Of a stretch of DNA of 64,000 nucleotides, positions 24,701 to 38,300 are shown piece by piece. Positions within the stretch are counted from its first letter, which is position 1. Each line of letters starts with the position of its first letter. Both the position numbers and the translations under genes were made by a program. Source of the DNA: Anthoceros angustus (Eukaryota; Plantae; Anthocerotophyta); the NCBI GenBank assembly GCA_010909165.1, contig MU008185.1, positions 62,001 to 126,000 on the forward strand. Direction: 5' to 3'. The notes under the pieces were generated by a model. The model was given only the letters and a program-made list of their open reading frames with translations, made no database searches and was not told the origin of the DNA.

Positions 24701-24788
24701 ACCACATTTGCACTAATCTCTCTGGTGATGATTGTTGCATCTAGCAGACAGTACAGGGTGATCGAACATGCATCTTCACATAAAACAA
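21609..24788. repeat. Three tandem copies of a ~1.07-kb AT-rich unit ending at the 5' end of the GH16 gene
   Basis: TTTCCCATGTGCACTTTGCACTCATATCCAAC at ~21609, ~22672 and ~23740; units nearly identical. Confidence 0.92.
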
Positions 24789-26577
24789 GCTGCACATAAG
24801 TGCAGACTGTCGGTGGTGTTGGCGATCTTTTGTGTGGATCGCGCAGTCTTGGATGGCATCCCTGAGCCCAAGCATATTACGGACAGCAAAGATCCGGGAG
24901 AAGGGATAGGGCCACCCACACCACTTGCCGATGAGTGACCGCCCTTGAAGCCAGAACTTCAAGGATTTATTGGATACACCTTCCAACCTACCACTAGAGG
25001 AGCCGTTGCATAATGTGGTTGTGGATTCTGCTCCACTCACGTAGATATATCCACCGACGGCTCTATATCTATCCATCTCGATCATGATTGCGGTGAACTT
25101 GGAATTCATCCCAAGATTGATGCACACTAAAGCCTTCTATTTTACTAAATGTCACTGGAATTCTCGACTGATGGAAATGTTTTGTCTTGTAGGTGGCAAG
25201 TTCCATTCCAACGACACCTTTTCTTCCGGTGTGTTCACAGCCGTCATCCAAGCGCCTTCAAATGCTACAGGCGTCCGCAGCGAATTCTTGGTAGGTTTTC
25301 GTAAACTCCTCACTCAAAATAAGATCGATATCATAGGTCCCTTGTTTCATTTTTGGTACATTGGAATTGCAGATTGCTCCTTCTGAGGACCAGGTATCAG
25401 ATGGTATTAGTTTTGCTTTCCTTGGGGATTATCCTGAATTCCTTGTAACCAGCTATTCCGTCACCGGAAGTTCCAGCACAAGTAATGAAGAAGTTATAGT
25501 GGCGTGGTTTGATACCACATCCTCTTCTCACAAGTATGCCATCAAATGGGACATCATTCTATAGTGTAAGATTCATATTCTTTACACCAAGTAATTGAAT
25601 ATTATTATTTGTTAAAAATAATTTTGCTAATAATTAAAGTTGTGTCATGTTGCATTTATTACGGATGGCTAGTAGATGATATGGTAATTCGCTCCATCTT
25701 ATATAGTGAAACACAAACATATCCTACTAAACCTAGAAGTATCTATGGTTCCATTCAAGATGATTCAAACACGGAGAAGAATGGAGTTGATTGGAATAAG
25801 GCTCCATTTTATACGAACTTTAGTTCTATATCAATAGTATCTTCCTTATCTGAGGGAGCATGGAGTCCTCCTCCCACAATATCTGGGCAAACAAATTCAT
25901 TGGATCTGCTTATTCTAAACTATTGTAGCGACCATGTGGCTGTGGATACATCTACCAATTTATGGATCGACTTCGACGCAAGTTGTGGTAGCCGTTTTCA
26001 ATCTCGTCATCGTTTTACTCGTACATTTTCAAGTAATATGAAATGTGCTGGTAATACCGGTTTGGTAACGAGCTTTTATGTTTCTTCTCAAGAAGGTGAC
26101 ACTCATCAAGATGAGATTGACTTTGAATGGGTTGGAAATAAAAAACTTTTGTCCAAACCAATTTTTGTCAATGGCATCTCTAATCCTGAGCACATAAGTC
26201 AGACCCACCTGGGATTTGATTGTTCTCAAAGTTGGCATACTTATACCATATCTTATACAGACGAACAAATACAGTAAGTACTATATATTATTGCTTCTTC
26301 TTTAAATTGTGGGGATAAGTATTTGTTGCTAATATTTAGCTTTTTTTACAGATGGCTTGTGGACGATACTATTATTCGAACTGTGACAAGAGAACAACAA
26401 TTATCAATCAATGATACCTATCCAAGCCAACCTATTTATTTGTATGGTTCCATATGGGATGCATCGGCCATAGCAAACGGACATTGGGCAGGAATTTGGG
26501 ACCACAAGGATCAATCTTATGTTGTACAATATAACAACATCACTCTTCAGGGTCAAGTTGTAGAATTGGAGATTTGA
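24768..26577 (+). CDS. Tandem two-domain glycoside hydrolase family 16 (EG16-like endoglucanase), 5 exons, a few frameshifts
   Basis: Domain 2 has SSQEGDTHQDEIDFEWVG, HLGFDCSQSWHTY, WLVDD and PIYLYGSIWDAS..GHWAG, typical of EG16; domain 1 is parallel but reads SDGISFAFLG. Introns ~25093-25192, 25291-25372, ~25566-25663 (acceptor non-canonical as read) and 26274-26351. Start codon tentative. Confidence 0.85.
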
Positions 26578-26748
26578 GTTTGTATGTAGCTATAGTTCAT
26601 ATTGATAGCTCAATAGGTGAACCTCAAACAAACTAAAAAACATTGCAAATTCTCTACAGAACCTAGTTGGATGAGTAATTTATTGAACTAGTTGGATGAG
26701 TAATTTATTGAACTAAATTGCGATGCTCTTGGAACGAATCGTAGAATC

Positions 26749-27310
26749 CGATGACGTTCCTATTGGTGATTCGGCGGCACAAGACTAGTAAGGTATCGGT
26801 AAGCAAAGATTAGTTTGATTAGGGTATACTGTAACTAGTCATCTAGGCACAGGCGATGACGTTCCTATTGGTGATTCGGCGGCACAAGACTAGTAAGGTA
26901 TCGATAAGCAAAGATTAGTTTGATTAGGGTATACTGTAACTAGTCATCTAGGAGCCTGCGCGATGTTACTATGTGGAAAAACATAGGGGAATCAAAACCC
27001 ATGTTAAATGGTTCTCCTTTCAATGTTTGATTTATTTTCATAATACTAAATTAAAACATCTAGGAGCCCGCAATTTTACGATGTGGAAAACACCTAGGGA
27101 AATCAAAACGCATGTTAAAGGTTTCTCCTTTCGATGTTTGATTTATTTTAATAATAATAAAAATTTAAAACAAATGTTGAAGCTCACCATCTTCCTCCTT
27201 CGTGGGGAAATCAAAACGCATGTTAAAGGTTTCTCCTTTCGATGTTTGATTTATTTTAATAATAAAAAAAATTAAAAACAAATGTTGAAGCTCACCATCT
27301 TCCTCCTTCG
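26749..27310. repeat. Local tandem repeats (2 x ~106 bp, then 3 x ~110 bp)
   Basis: GATGACGTTCCTATTGGTGATTCGG...CATCTAGG twice; GGAAATCAAAACGCATGTTAAAGGTTTCTCC-like three times. Confidence 0.85.
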
Positions 27311-27774
27311 CACCGCTACGCCCAAATATCGGTTCGTCAAGGTACGGCCTAGCAAACCGCCTAACATTGCCATGACATGACCTTCTTCTCTCCATTCCCC
27401 TTGAAGTTATTCTTCATAATGCTGGTGATGACCCGGGAACATGGGGAAATGGACTTAGGATATGATGGCTGGGATGGCTTTGAAGGTCACTAAGTATAAG
27501 GCAATGCATGCAAGCCACCTCTTCATCCCACTTGGAGTCTTTTGGGGCATTTTTCAAGGACTTTGATAAATTTATCAAGTCCTGCATCAACGTACATACC
27601 ATGCAAGGAGATACGAAGCCGAGTTGGGTCGCTTCCATTTCACGGTATATTGTCCATTGTCCTTCAAAGGCAATTATAGAAACCATCTTATTGACAACGA
27701 TGGTCTTCAAAAATGTATCCTCAACAACCAACAATCTTAATCTGGTTATGACATTCTCAACAACAACTTTAGTA

Positions 27775-28440
27775 ATAAGTAGGCCATTAAATCTCCCAGG
27801 TTATAAAATCCTAACAACCTCGATATCATGTAGGCCATTCGAGCTCCCCAAGAACCTCGATATCATGTAGGCCATTCGAGCTCCCCAAGAACCTCAATAT
27901 CATGTAGGCCATTCAATCTCCCAGGTTATAAAATCCTAACAACCTCGATACCATGTAGGTCATTCGATCTCCCCAAGAATCTCAATATCATGTAGGCCAT
28001 TCAATCTCCGAGGTTATAAAATCCTAACAACCTCGATACCATGTAGGCCATTCAATCTACCTAAGAACCTCAATATCATGTAAACCATTCAATCTCCCAG
28101 GTTATAAAATCCTAACAACCTTGGTACCATGTAGGCCATTCAATCTGCCTAAGAACCTCAATATCATGTAGGCCATTCAATCTGTTTGGTTATGACATCC
28201 TACCAACCTTAATATTATGTAGGCCCTTCAATCTAAACCATTCAATCTTCTTGGTTATGACATCCTACCAACCTTAATATTTCAATCTAAGCCATTCAAT
28301 CAATCTGCTTGGTTATGACATCCTACCAACCTTTATATTATGTAGACCCTTCAATTTAAGCAATTCAATCTCCTTGGCTATGACATCCTACCAACCTTAA
28401 CATTATGTAGGCTCTTCAATCTCCTAGTTATGATATCCTA
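27775..28440. repeat. Minisatellite with alternating ~33/43-bp units
   Basis: Repeated ATCATGTAGGCCATTCAATCTCC...(CAGGTTATAAAATCCTAAC)AACCTC. Confidence 0.9.
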
Positions 28441-28454
28441 AATGCCTTCTCACC

Positions 28455-28781
28455 AGGGGTGGTTCAACAGACAATGCCGAAATAATTATTTTTTGAAAAA
28501 AAAGGTTCAACATAAATATTTATATTTTTCAAATTTTCAAAATTTTATGAAAATAAAATTATAAAATTTTAACATTTAAAAAAATACATAGGTATCTATA
28601 TAGAACTAATGGATATGTATAGACCTCCCCTAAACAGGCCCTAATTTTCCACAAAAACCCTAGTTTCCTTGTTTTCGGCATCGTAAACTCATAAATTTTT
28701 ACATATTCAGCATTTTAAGTATAATAATTTCTGGATTTTCAAATTTTACTAATTTTAATTAATTAACATGGAATCATCCCT
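28455..28781. mobile_element. MITE-like element, copy with eroded ends
   Basis: Homologous over ~330 bp to 60291-60617; residual TIR AGGGGTGGTTC / GAATCATCCCT. Confidence 0.65.
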
Positions 28782-29386
28782 CAATAATATCTAAGCCATT
28801 CAACCTCCCCAATTATGTAAATGATTTTAGACTTAGTATTGAAACCTAGTTGCTCCTACCTATTTTAGACAAACTTTTTTTTGGTGTAGATGATATTTTT
28901 TCCATCTCTTTCTTTCTACACAAAGTCTCCCCCTTCTTTCATTTTAGACAAACTTATTTGCTCCTATTTATTGTAATCCTTGGATTATGGCTCACCCCAA
29001 TTTATTCTATTTCTTTAATAAAAATCAATTACGTTTCTCACAAGTGCAGTTTGCATTCGCATCCACAGTAAATTATGGTATGCTATTGCAAAATTACCGG
29101 TGTTTACTAGTCTTACGAGAAAGTAGGATTAGCCCAGAAGGAAAGCAGCCCAGGAGTCAAAATCCAGGCAGAGAGACTCCTTTGTAGGAAACTATGTTTA
29201 CAGCTCAAAAGAATGTTTTCATCTACGTACAATGTTCAAAAGTCATGGTTGGCTCATTCAGAAGGAGTCTAATGTATCCATGTAATCTTTCTGGCCTTCT
29301 TTCAGATCCGCCTGACACATTGTATCTGCAACGATGGACAAAACAGTCCCATTCATTTCTCGTGGTAAAGCGAGCAATGTCTAAAC

Positions 29387-31783
29387 TCAGGGGGCTTCGA
29401 GTCTACCTTCTTGATAGGGGCACAGCGTGGTGTTTCGCAGATACTCGATGAGCTCAGCTTGTGCCGCAATTTGCAGCTCCTGTGTTGCAAACATGTTTGT
29501 CAGCAGCTTGCGTGAATGAAATGATTTGGATGGGTAGATGGTTATGGCCCGCATTGTGGGTGTTCGTTTCATGCTCAAGTGGGAAAATTGTAGCAGTCGG
29601 GGTGCAGAGACTTGCCTGCTGAGCGCAATGATTTTTCAGCTCATTGAAGGATGCAGCAAGTTTGTGTTCGCGCTGGACCTGTGACAGCTGCAGTGGTCCA
29701 GCAGGCTTCAAATGTGGGGCTCCTGCAGCCTGTAGGCATGGACACACCGGGTCAACACCCTTACAGATGTATGTTCACGGTCACAGAAGTAAAACAGCAA
29801 ATCAGTGGAAGAAGGTTCTAACTATCACACCTGTCTCAGTGTTGCCAGTTCAAGGCGAAGGGCGGCAATGAGGCGATCATCGTTTTGACTCTTACTCACA
29901 AGCAGTGTCATCTTCTCCTTGGCTTGTTTCAACTACAACATGTGGTGGTTAGAGAGAGATCAAGTCAAACTGCTCGCACCCGAAAATGGGAGCTTTGTTT
30001 TGCAAACCTCCTTTTCGAGAATGTTTCTTCTTGCAAGTACCCCGTCCAACCTCTGCCTGATCACTCCAAGTTCCTCATTTGTTGCCTGCAATATGAACCC
30101 ATCCATCCAGATGATCCCTGCTTTCAAGGTCTAAAGTCAGAAGCAGCTGAATCTTGTGGGTGGGTCAGGGCCGAACCAAATAGCTAACAGCCAGGTTGTC
30201 ATATTCTCTTCTCCTGTTGGCTTCGTACTCTTCCATCCTCCGTTGATGGCTTTCATAAGCCTTTTTCTGTTCTTCGTATGATGCTGACGGATTTATAGGC
30301 GCTTCGTATTGTTCCAAAAGAATCTTCAGGTCCTTCATCCTATCCTAGAAGTTAGATGCATATGTTGACTCTTAGCGATCCAGAGGACCTGGGTGCTTGA
30401 AGAGGAAATGCGGCCATACCTTGAGTAAGGTGATTTGCTGGGCGCGGCCCTTCCAGTTTGTACCTCCCTCCAACACCTTGTCCCACATTCACCGCTATAA
30501 TCAGAAAGGTGTATAGAACTGCAGGAAGCAAAGGTGATTGCAAAAGTGGTATAAGTAACTTTTACAACCGTCAGAAAATGTTGGTGGAAGGCATGGTGTT
30601 GTCGACAAATGATCTAACTGTCGTTGGTTACAAACAGACACCAAGACTGCTGGAGGGCAAAGCTCGTAAACCTTGGTAAGAGGTATATGTTCTCCCACTT
30701 CTCGTTGTATGATCCGATGGAGTTTTGCTATTTCGATGTTCAATATGTCTACCTTAGCCATAGCATCTATTGTCTTCGTTGATGCCTGTAACAACAATAA
30801 CATGAGACCGAATGTATGGAATGTCTCTAATAACAAAATGATCTCAGTTTGTGGTGCATTCACCTGATCTAATCTTGCCCTCAGTTCCGAAACCTCTCGG
30901 GCCTCCCTCTTGGCCATTTCCTCTGGGGAGTATAAAAAAGCAAGTTTGATTTCTTCCTTCTTTCTGTTTAGCAGCTGCAAACAAGTTCCAATGCAGGTCA
31001 GTGACTGTCTTCTCCACTTCCAATTTGCCTTCCCTCCAATTTGCCTCCATCGAGTGTTTCACCTGATTTTGCACCAAATCCAGCTCACTTTGCAGCCTGG
31101 AAGCCACAGCTCGCTCCCTGTCGAAAGCTAGCTTCAAAGTGCGGTTCTGAATACGACAGAGACGAGTGAAGGCCACATTAGGCAGAGGCAGTAAAAGACC
31201 TAGCTCAAGGGCGGAGGTAGGACACCTTGCCTTCTTAAAAAGTTCAAGTATTTTGGCCTCCCGAAGGTTCTGGCCCTCTCCACTGACTATGACTTCCAAC
31301 ATCTGCCTGCAACACCGCAAGAATTGAAATGCCTAAGATCCTGCTTCACTCTGCAGGGTTTGAGATGAGCTAGTTGCACACACACACACCACAACCTGAG
31401 CCTAATAAGTTCGGTTTGCTGAGCCTCTATTCTCTCAGCTTGTTCAGCAATCAACGGATCCACCTGCAGAAGATTTAACACTCCTAGCTCACGTTCATCC
31501 ATTCATTTGCCACGTTTTGCAGAGGGATGCATGTGTAGCCACGATTCAGAAGGATGCGTCGTACCGCTGGAGGAGGAGGTTCTTCCTCAGAGCTTTTTGA
31601 TCTGTCCGAACCTCTGGAATCTTTCCCATCCTTCCCCTTCCCGACTTTTCCTTTCTTATCGTCCTTCTTATCATCCTTCTTGTCGCCTGTCTTGTCATCT
31701 TTTCCCTTCTTATCGTCCTTCTTCTTATCTGCATCCTTGGCCTCCTTTTTCTCCTCCTTCTCCCCTTCCTTTTTAGGTGCCAT
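29387..31783 (-). CDS. Multi-exon coiled-coil protein, CCDC13-like (cilium/centriole associated)
   Basis: Spliced peptide HRIIQREVGEHIPLTK|VLEGGTNWKGRAQQITLLK resembles the CCDC13 EVGE...WRGRAQQI signature; LAFDRERA coiled coil; K/D-rich N-terminus from ATG 31783; 3' end tentative. Confidence 0.65.
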
Positions 31784-32380
31784 TACACTTCCAAAAGCAG
31801 AACGATCGTAATTGACACTACCGGCTTGCAGACCAGCGTGGAAAGATTAGAAGACCACGGAAGTTGCAAAGCCTCGATCCCACCGGTGAAATTGCTAGGC
31901 AAGGGGAATGCATTGCGTGGAGGTAGATAACCACTTCTGTTTGAAGATCTTGCGAGAAACTCCTGCAAATTTGGGTGTTGGTGGGCTCTGACGTGGAGGC
32001 CTATCTGGCTGCACTGCGTCCTACGTGGGTAGGTTCAGGTGGCAGCGGGACAGTTGGAACTCGGGGGCCTTCCATGCCCTTGGGTCCGCTATGCGGTATG
32101 CTTCCACCGTAGCTGCGCTGATTGCGAATGCAGGCTGTTTTACTTCAAATGCAGCAGGCTGCTCCTCTCAGCATAATGCACTCTTTGGACTTGAATTGTG
32201 GGATCCTGTTTGGCCATAGCCCAGTTTGATGAGAGGGAAAGACGGGCATTGAATGAAGAGGGTGGCGATGAAACCCTGGCGTAGCAGAGGCTTTGGAGTG
32301 CCGCTGAGGAGAATCGGCCCACGTTCTAGCACACAGGTCGATTGCAGCAGAAGGTTATAGCTGTGGCCCTGGCCACAACC

Positions 32381-35300
32381 ATGGACAAGATGAGCATAGA
32401 ACAGGCCATTGGCCTGCTGCACCAGGCATCTACCACAAATGGGGACAATGTGTTTGCACATCTTTCGGACTTGATTCTCAGTGTAAGTAGCTCTCTTTAT
32501 TTTGCAACATCATGCGAATGTGTTAACCTGTTTCCAGCTCCCTCACCGGCTAGAATTCTGCCACCTTAGCACTTTGTTGCTAGATGTGGAACGATATCCA
32601 CTTTTGCTCCAATTGAACCGCATGATGTAGACAACATGGACTCCTACATGTTCCCACAGATATTGGAGACCAAGCCTGACGATGCAGTTGATATGTTAGA
32701 GACCAGCATGATTTTGAAACACACCCGATTTGTCCCGCAAGAGGGGCCAAGGCCTCCCAAACCACCACGAACTCCCGAGGAACAGAAATTTGTTGACCAA
32801 TTTATTAAGCTGTTTAGGTGACCTTCTCAAGCACCGATTGCATCTGTGCTGATAAATTTGTTCTGTAGCATGCTTGTTGACATTTGGGTCGGCATTATTG
32901 TAGCAAAATGGAGAAGCCCAAAGAAGAGGGCCAGGAGGAAGAAGAAGCCAAGGACAAGGACAAAAAGAAGAAAGAAGGCGAGGAAGAGGAAGAGGAGGAA
33001 GAGAAAGAAGAGGGAGATGAGGACGAGGAGGAAGAGGAGGACGAGGAGGAAGAGGAAGTCGAAGATGAAGGGGCCAACGAATATGAGGCTGATAATTTTC
33101 TGGCACACAGCAGTTTCTTTGAGGCCGTGGGAGCCGGTTTAGGCCGAACAGAGTCCTACCTAATTGCTTTGGCCATCAAGCAGCTCGGAGATGATCCCAA
33201 AATTGGCTGTGAGAATGTTAGGTTCTTTGGCAAGATTTTTGGAACCGTAAGGTAGGTAGATAAAACTTGTTCATTTTCTTCTCTACTTGGAGGGTGAACG
33301 TTCTCCGACGACTCGTTGGACTGCATTTATTTCTATGCAGCAATTACTACGTATTTGAGACAACCTTGAAGGACAACTCAGAGCCTGAACCTGAAGAAGG
33401 TGAAGAGGCACCAGAGGAAGAAGAGGATACCAGGCGAGGAAGAGGATACCAGTTTTCTACACCGAGACTCGGTCGTGCGGTGGACACCCACCTTGTGCAT
33501 GATGATGAAACTCATGTCAAGAATGACACACTTGTTTTCGAAGAATACTTCTTGGATGCTGTTACGCAAAGGAAGCTGTTTGCGTATCAACTGTGGAAGT
33601 GACCACGGAAGTTGCAAAGCTAGCTCAAGGGAAGAAGAAGCCAAGGACAAGGACAAGGACAAGGACAAGGACATCACTGAAGGTGACGAGGAGGAAGAGG
33701 ACGATGACAAGGGCCTCTCTCAGGTTTAGATGGTGACAAGGACAAGGACATCACTGAAGGTGTAAAACCGTGGGCTATTACGTTCAGCTCAAGTCTCAAG
33801 GGCTTGAAACACCAGGTAGTGGGCGTCAGATCACTGCGTTGGCCAGGAGCCTTCAGCATGTCATCATGTCACGTTGTGCACTTGTGGGCATTTGTTCATC
33901 ATCATGTCACTTTGTGCACTGTGGGCATTTGTTCATCGTCATCATGTCACGTTGTGCACTGTAGGCATCTGTTCATCATCATGTCACTTTGTGCACTGTA
34001 GGCATCTGTTCATCATCATCATCATGTCACTTTGTGCACTTGTGGGCATTTGTTCATCTTGTCATCATGTCATCTGAAGGTGACGAGGAGGAAGAAGGGA
34101 GGAAGAAGAGGAGGAGGTGATGAAGAGGAGGAGGAAGAGGAGATGAGGACGAGGAGGAAGAAGAAGCCAAGGACAAGGACAAGGACATCACTGAAGGTGT
34201 AAAACCGTGGGCAATTGTTCATCATCATCATGTCACGTTGTGCACTGTAGGCATCTGTTCATCATCATGTCACTTTGTGCACTGTAGGCATCTGTTCATC
34301 ATCATCATCATCATCATGTCACGTTGTGCACTGTAGGCATCTGTTCATCTTGTCATCATCTCACGTTGTGCACTGTAGGCATCTGTTCATCTTGTCATCA
34401 TCATGTCACGTTGTGCACTGTAGGCATCTGTTCATCATCATGTCACTTTGTGCACTGTAGGCATCTGTTCATCTTGTCATCATGTCACTTTGTGCACTGT
34501 AGGCATCTGTTCATCATCATCATGTCACTTTGTGCACTGTAGGCATCTGTTCATCATCATCATCATCATGTCACGTTGTGCACTGTAGGCATCTGTTCAT
34601 CATCATGTCACGTTGTGCACTTGTGGGCATTTGTTCATCATCATGTCACGTTGTGCACACTTGTTTTCGAACCCGAGGAGGAAGAAGAGGGCCAAGGCCT
34701 CCAAACCACCACGAACTCCCGAGGAACAGAAATTTGTTGACCAATTTATTAAGCTGTTTAGGTGACCTTCTCAAGCACCGATTGCATCTGTGCTGATAAA
34801 TTTGTTCTGTAGCATGCTTGTTGACATTTTGGTCGGCATTATTGTAGCAAAATGGAAGCCCAAAGAAGAGGGCCAGGAGGAAGAAGAAGCCAAGGACAAG
34901 GACAAAAGAAGAAAGAAGGCGAGGAAGAGGAAGAGGAGGAAGAGAAAGAAGAGGAGATGAGGACGAGGAGGAAGAGGAGGACGAGGAGGAAGAGGAAGAG
35001 GAAGAGGAAGAGGAAGAGGAAGAAGGGAGGGTGGTGAGCCACATAAATGTCTTCACACAACAAATTCGCGGTTTAGATGGTGACAAGGCCGCCTGAGCCA
35101 CATAAATGTCTTCACACAACAAATTCGCGGTTTAGATGGTGACAAGGACATCACTGAAGGTGTAAAACCGTGGGCTATTACGTTCAGCTCAAGTCTCAAG
35201 GCTTGAAACACCAGGTAGTGGGCGTCAGATCACTGCGTTGGCCAGGAGCCTTCAGCATGTCATCTGAAGGTGACGAGGAGGGTGGTGACGTTTCAGCGAG

Positions 35301-38300
35301 TGAGGAATGGGAAAATCCTCCAGCACAAGAACTGGGTACGTTGGAGTCATGGGTGCACCGAAGACCTCACATCAATAAGCAGGGAAGATGAAGAGGAGGA
35401 GGAAGAGGAAGAAGAGGAAGAAGAGGAGGAGGTGGAGGTGCCCAGCAAGGATGGGAAGAAAAACCCAAGTTTGGAAGAATTGTTGGGGGTGCTGCAGGAT
35501 AGTGCCCCTGGTGACTCACATAAGAAGGTTCATGAGTCTCACAGTTAGTAGTGCTCTAAGGTTGTTGCTTTGCATGGAAAAGCTATATCTGAGACCTTTG
35601 TGCTAACAACAGTCTTGTCCCTAGGCACATATAGTAGTCTGTCCTCGCTTGGCGGTCTTGAGGCGTTGATCACACCACCACGTGGGCAGCGGCCACCTAT
35701 CCCAAAGCCGATTCGATTCGCCCTGTTGGCCAATGCACAACTATGTCATGGAGTCGCGGATCTGGTGGTCCCCGGTCTCAAACCAGTTGAGTCGGTGAGG
35801 CCGCGTACTCTGAGTGCGGTGTGGCGATGTTGGCCCACTCATGTGGCGATCCAGCGATGTCATGTTTGGGGTTGGCTCCTTTGGTTGATCAGATGCCTCT
35901 CACGTGGCGACTTCTTTGTTTCGGCCCCAGTTTTGATTCCACTCAACGACGGGTCGATTGGTGGTGAGCCACAAGGTGGGCACCCATGTGTGGCGTCGGC
36001 TCCAACAAGGCCGACCTACAACTCGTGTGTTGAAGATCGCAATGCAGCGGTGGAAGAGGAAGAGGAGGAGGAAGAGGATACCAGTTTTCTACACCGAGAC
36101 TCGGTCGTGCGGTGGACACCCACCTTGTGCATGATGATGAAACTACTCAAGAATGACACACATGTGACGAACACGCAACTGTAGAACTTGTGCCGTCGTG
36201 GAAGTGACCACGGATGCACACGGAAGATGAGGTGGAGGTGCCCAGCAAGGATGGGGAGGGCGTGACCACTATGGCGGTGGCTTTGCGGGTATGGATGTGG
36301 CCACTTGTCTTTGGTGTTCCAATGGCCGATTCTCTGGCAGGTGAAGCCACTATGTGTCGGCCACCGATGAAGTGGCTATTGTCATTCATAAGGATGCGGA
36401 GAAATCGCCACTTCGAGCATCTCGAAGTGGTGGAGGTATCGGTGGACGCGTCGATCTTTGCGTAGAAAAGGCAAGCGAGCAGACTCAGGAACTTTGAAGG
36501 GTGCCTCCAAGTCCGGAGACCAGGCGTCCCAAGAAAGCTTCACAAAGTGCCATGGTGGAACAACCGGCGGGTTTGGAATTTGGTGCGTCCACAGTCGGAG
36601 ATAACTTCATGGTGCGTTCGAGGCCTGTAATAAAGAGAAAGTTACGTGGTATGTATTGCGTTGCAGCCCATGGTCACATTAGGCTGTGGCGAAGATCCAG
36701 TGGGGTGGTGAGATTTTTGCGGTGAAAAGGTTGTGAAAAGGTTACTACTATGAGCGGTGCCCTCGACAAAGTGCCTACCAGCTACTGGATTCAGGGCCAC
36801 GTGGTGACCCAATAATGCTTGAAGCTGAGACTGTCCTGACCACGAAGTTTCCAATGGTAGCTATTCCCAGGGCCAATGAGAAGAACAAGAACACTCCGCA
36901 GCTTTACTGGCTCTCTGCTGGATATAGAACATGGTTGGATCAAGTTGTGGCGACATAGCGTAAAGGGAGGGGTCCTGCTGCAAAATATACATGGGCTTGC
37001 TTTGTTCTTAGTCCCTGGTGGTCACTTTTTTGTCAAGGCTTGGACGTGTGTAGGATCTTTGTGGATGGACGGTGTTAATGTGCAAGCATCCATAATTGGC
37101 ATAGATGTGAATCCTTGCACTTTTGACAATCATGTTACTTGTGGGAGAATGCACCTGGTTTTTGTGGGTCCTGTGAAGCAATTCTCCGTTTGTAGTTCAT
37201 AGCAACGTTGGGAGGAAGCTACCCGGTTGTAATTGCTCAATTAGCTCAAAAGTTCCCGCTCATCATGATTTGTGTTATCATAAAGAGGTGCCAGGTCGAA
37301 CAGTGTTAGCCATCCATGTCCATGTCTCACTGTGCACAGGAATGGAATTCTGCAAGCACATCCACCCAGAAGAAAAGCATGTTCTCTGGAGTACGCACTT
37401 GATTATGAGCATTGACATGATCTCACTACACAAGCGTAGATTCTTGGTTACCAGCAGAGGTATCCCACTCGGAGTACTGTTCAAGAGGCAAAGGTTCAAG
37501 AAGCCAAAAGCCAGGCGTCCCAAGAAAGCTTCACAAAGTGCCATGGTGGAACAACCGGCGGGTTTGGAATTCTGCAAGCACATCCACCCAGAAGAAAAGC
37601 ATGTTCTCTGGAGTACGCACTTGATTATGAGCATTGACATGATCTCACTACACAAGCGTAGATTCTTGGTTACCAGCAGAGGTATCCCACTCGGAGTACT
37701 GTTCAAGAGGCAAAGGTTCAAGAAGCCAAAAGCCAGAGCGAGCTTCTCAGGATCAGCATGCCCACAGAGCACATCTTTGGTCGGTGACTGCCCCAATCCT
37801 GCTTGTTCTCTTCAAGTCCCGCAGTGGTTGCTCTGGACGGTTGCTGCAGGGTGGCGACGAGGAGGGTGGTGACGTTTCAGCGAGTGAGGAATGGGAAAAT
37901 CCTCCAGCACAAGAACTGGGTACGTTGGAGTCATGGGTGCACCGAAGACCTCACATCAATAAGCAGGGAAGATGCTCAGTTTTCGAACCCGAGGAGGAGG
38001 AGGAAGAGGAAGAGGAAGAGGAAGAGGAGGAAGAGGAAGAGGAGGAAGAGGAAGAAGAGGAGGAAGAAGAAGAGGAGATGAGGACGAGGAGGAAGAGGAG
38101 GACGAGGAGGAAGAGGAAGTCGAAGATGAAGGGGCCAACGAATATGAGGCTGATAATTTTCTGGCACACAGCAGTTTCTTTGAGGCCGTGGGGAGCCGGT
38201 TTAGGCCGAACAGAGTCCTACCTAATTGCTTTGGCCATCAAGCAGCTCGGAGATGATCCCAAAATTGGCTGTGAGAATGTTAGGTTCTTTGGCAAGATTT

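Noticed and set aside
33857-34660. CRISPR-like regularly spaced repeats (also 27775-28440 and 50815-51010)
   Set aside because: No unique spacers, no cas genes and a eukaryotic context; these are minisatellites.
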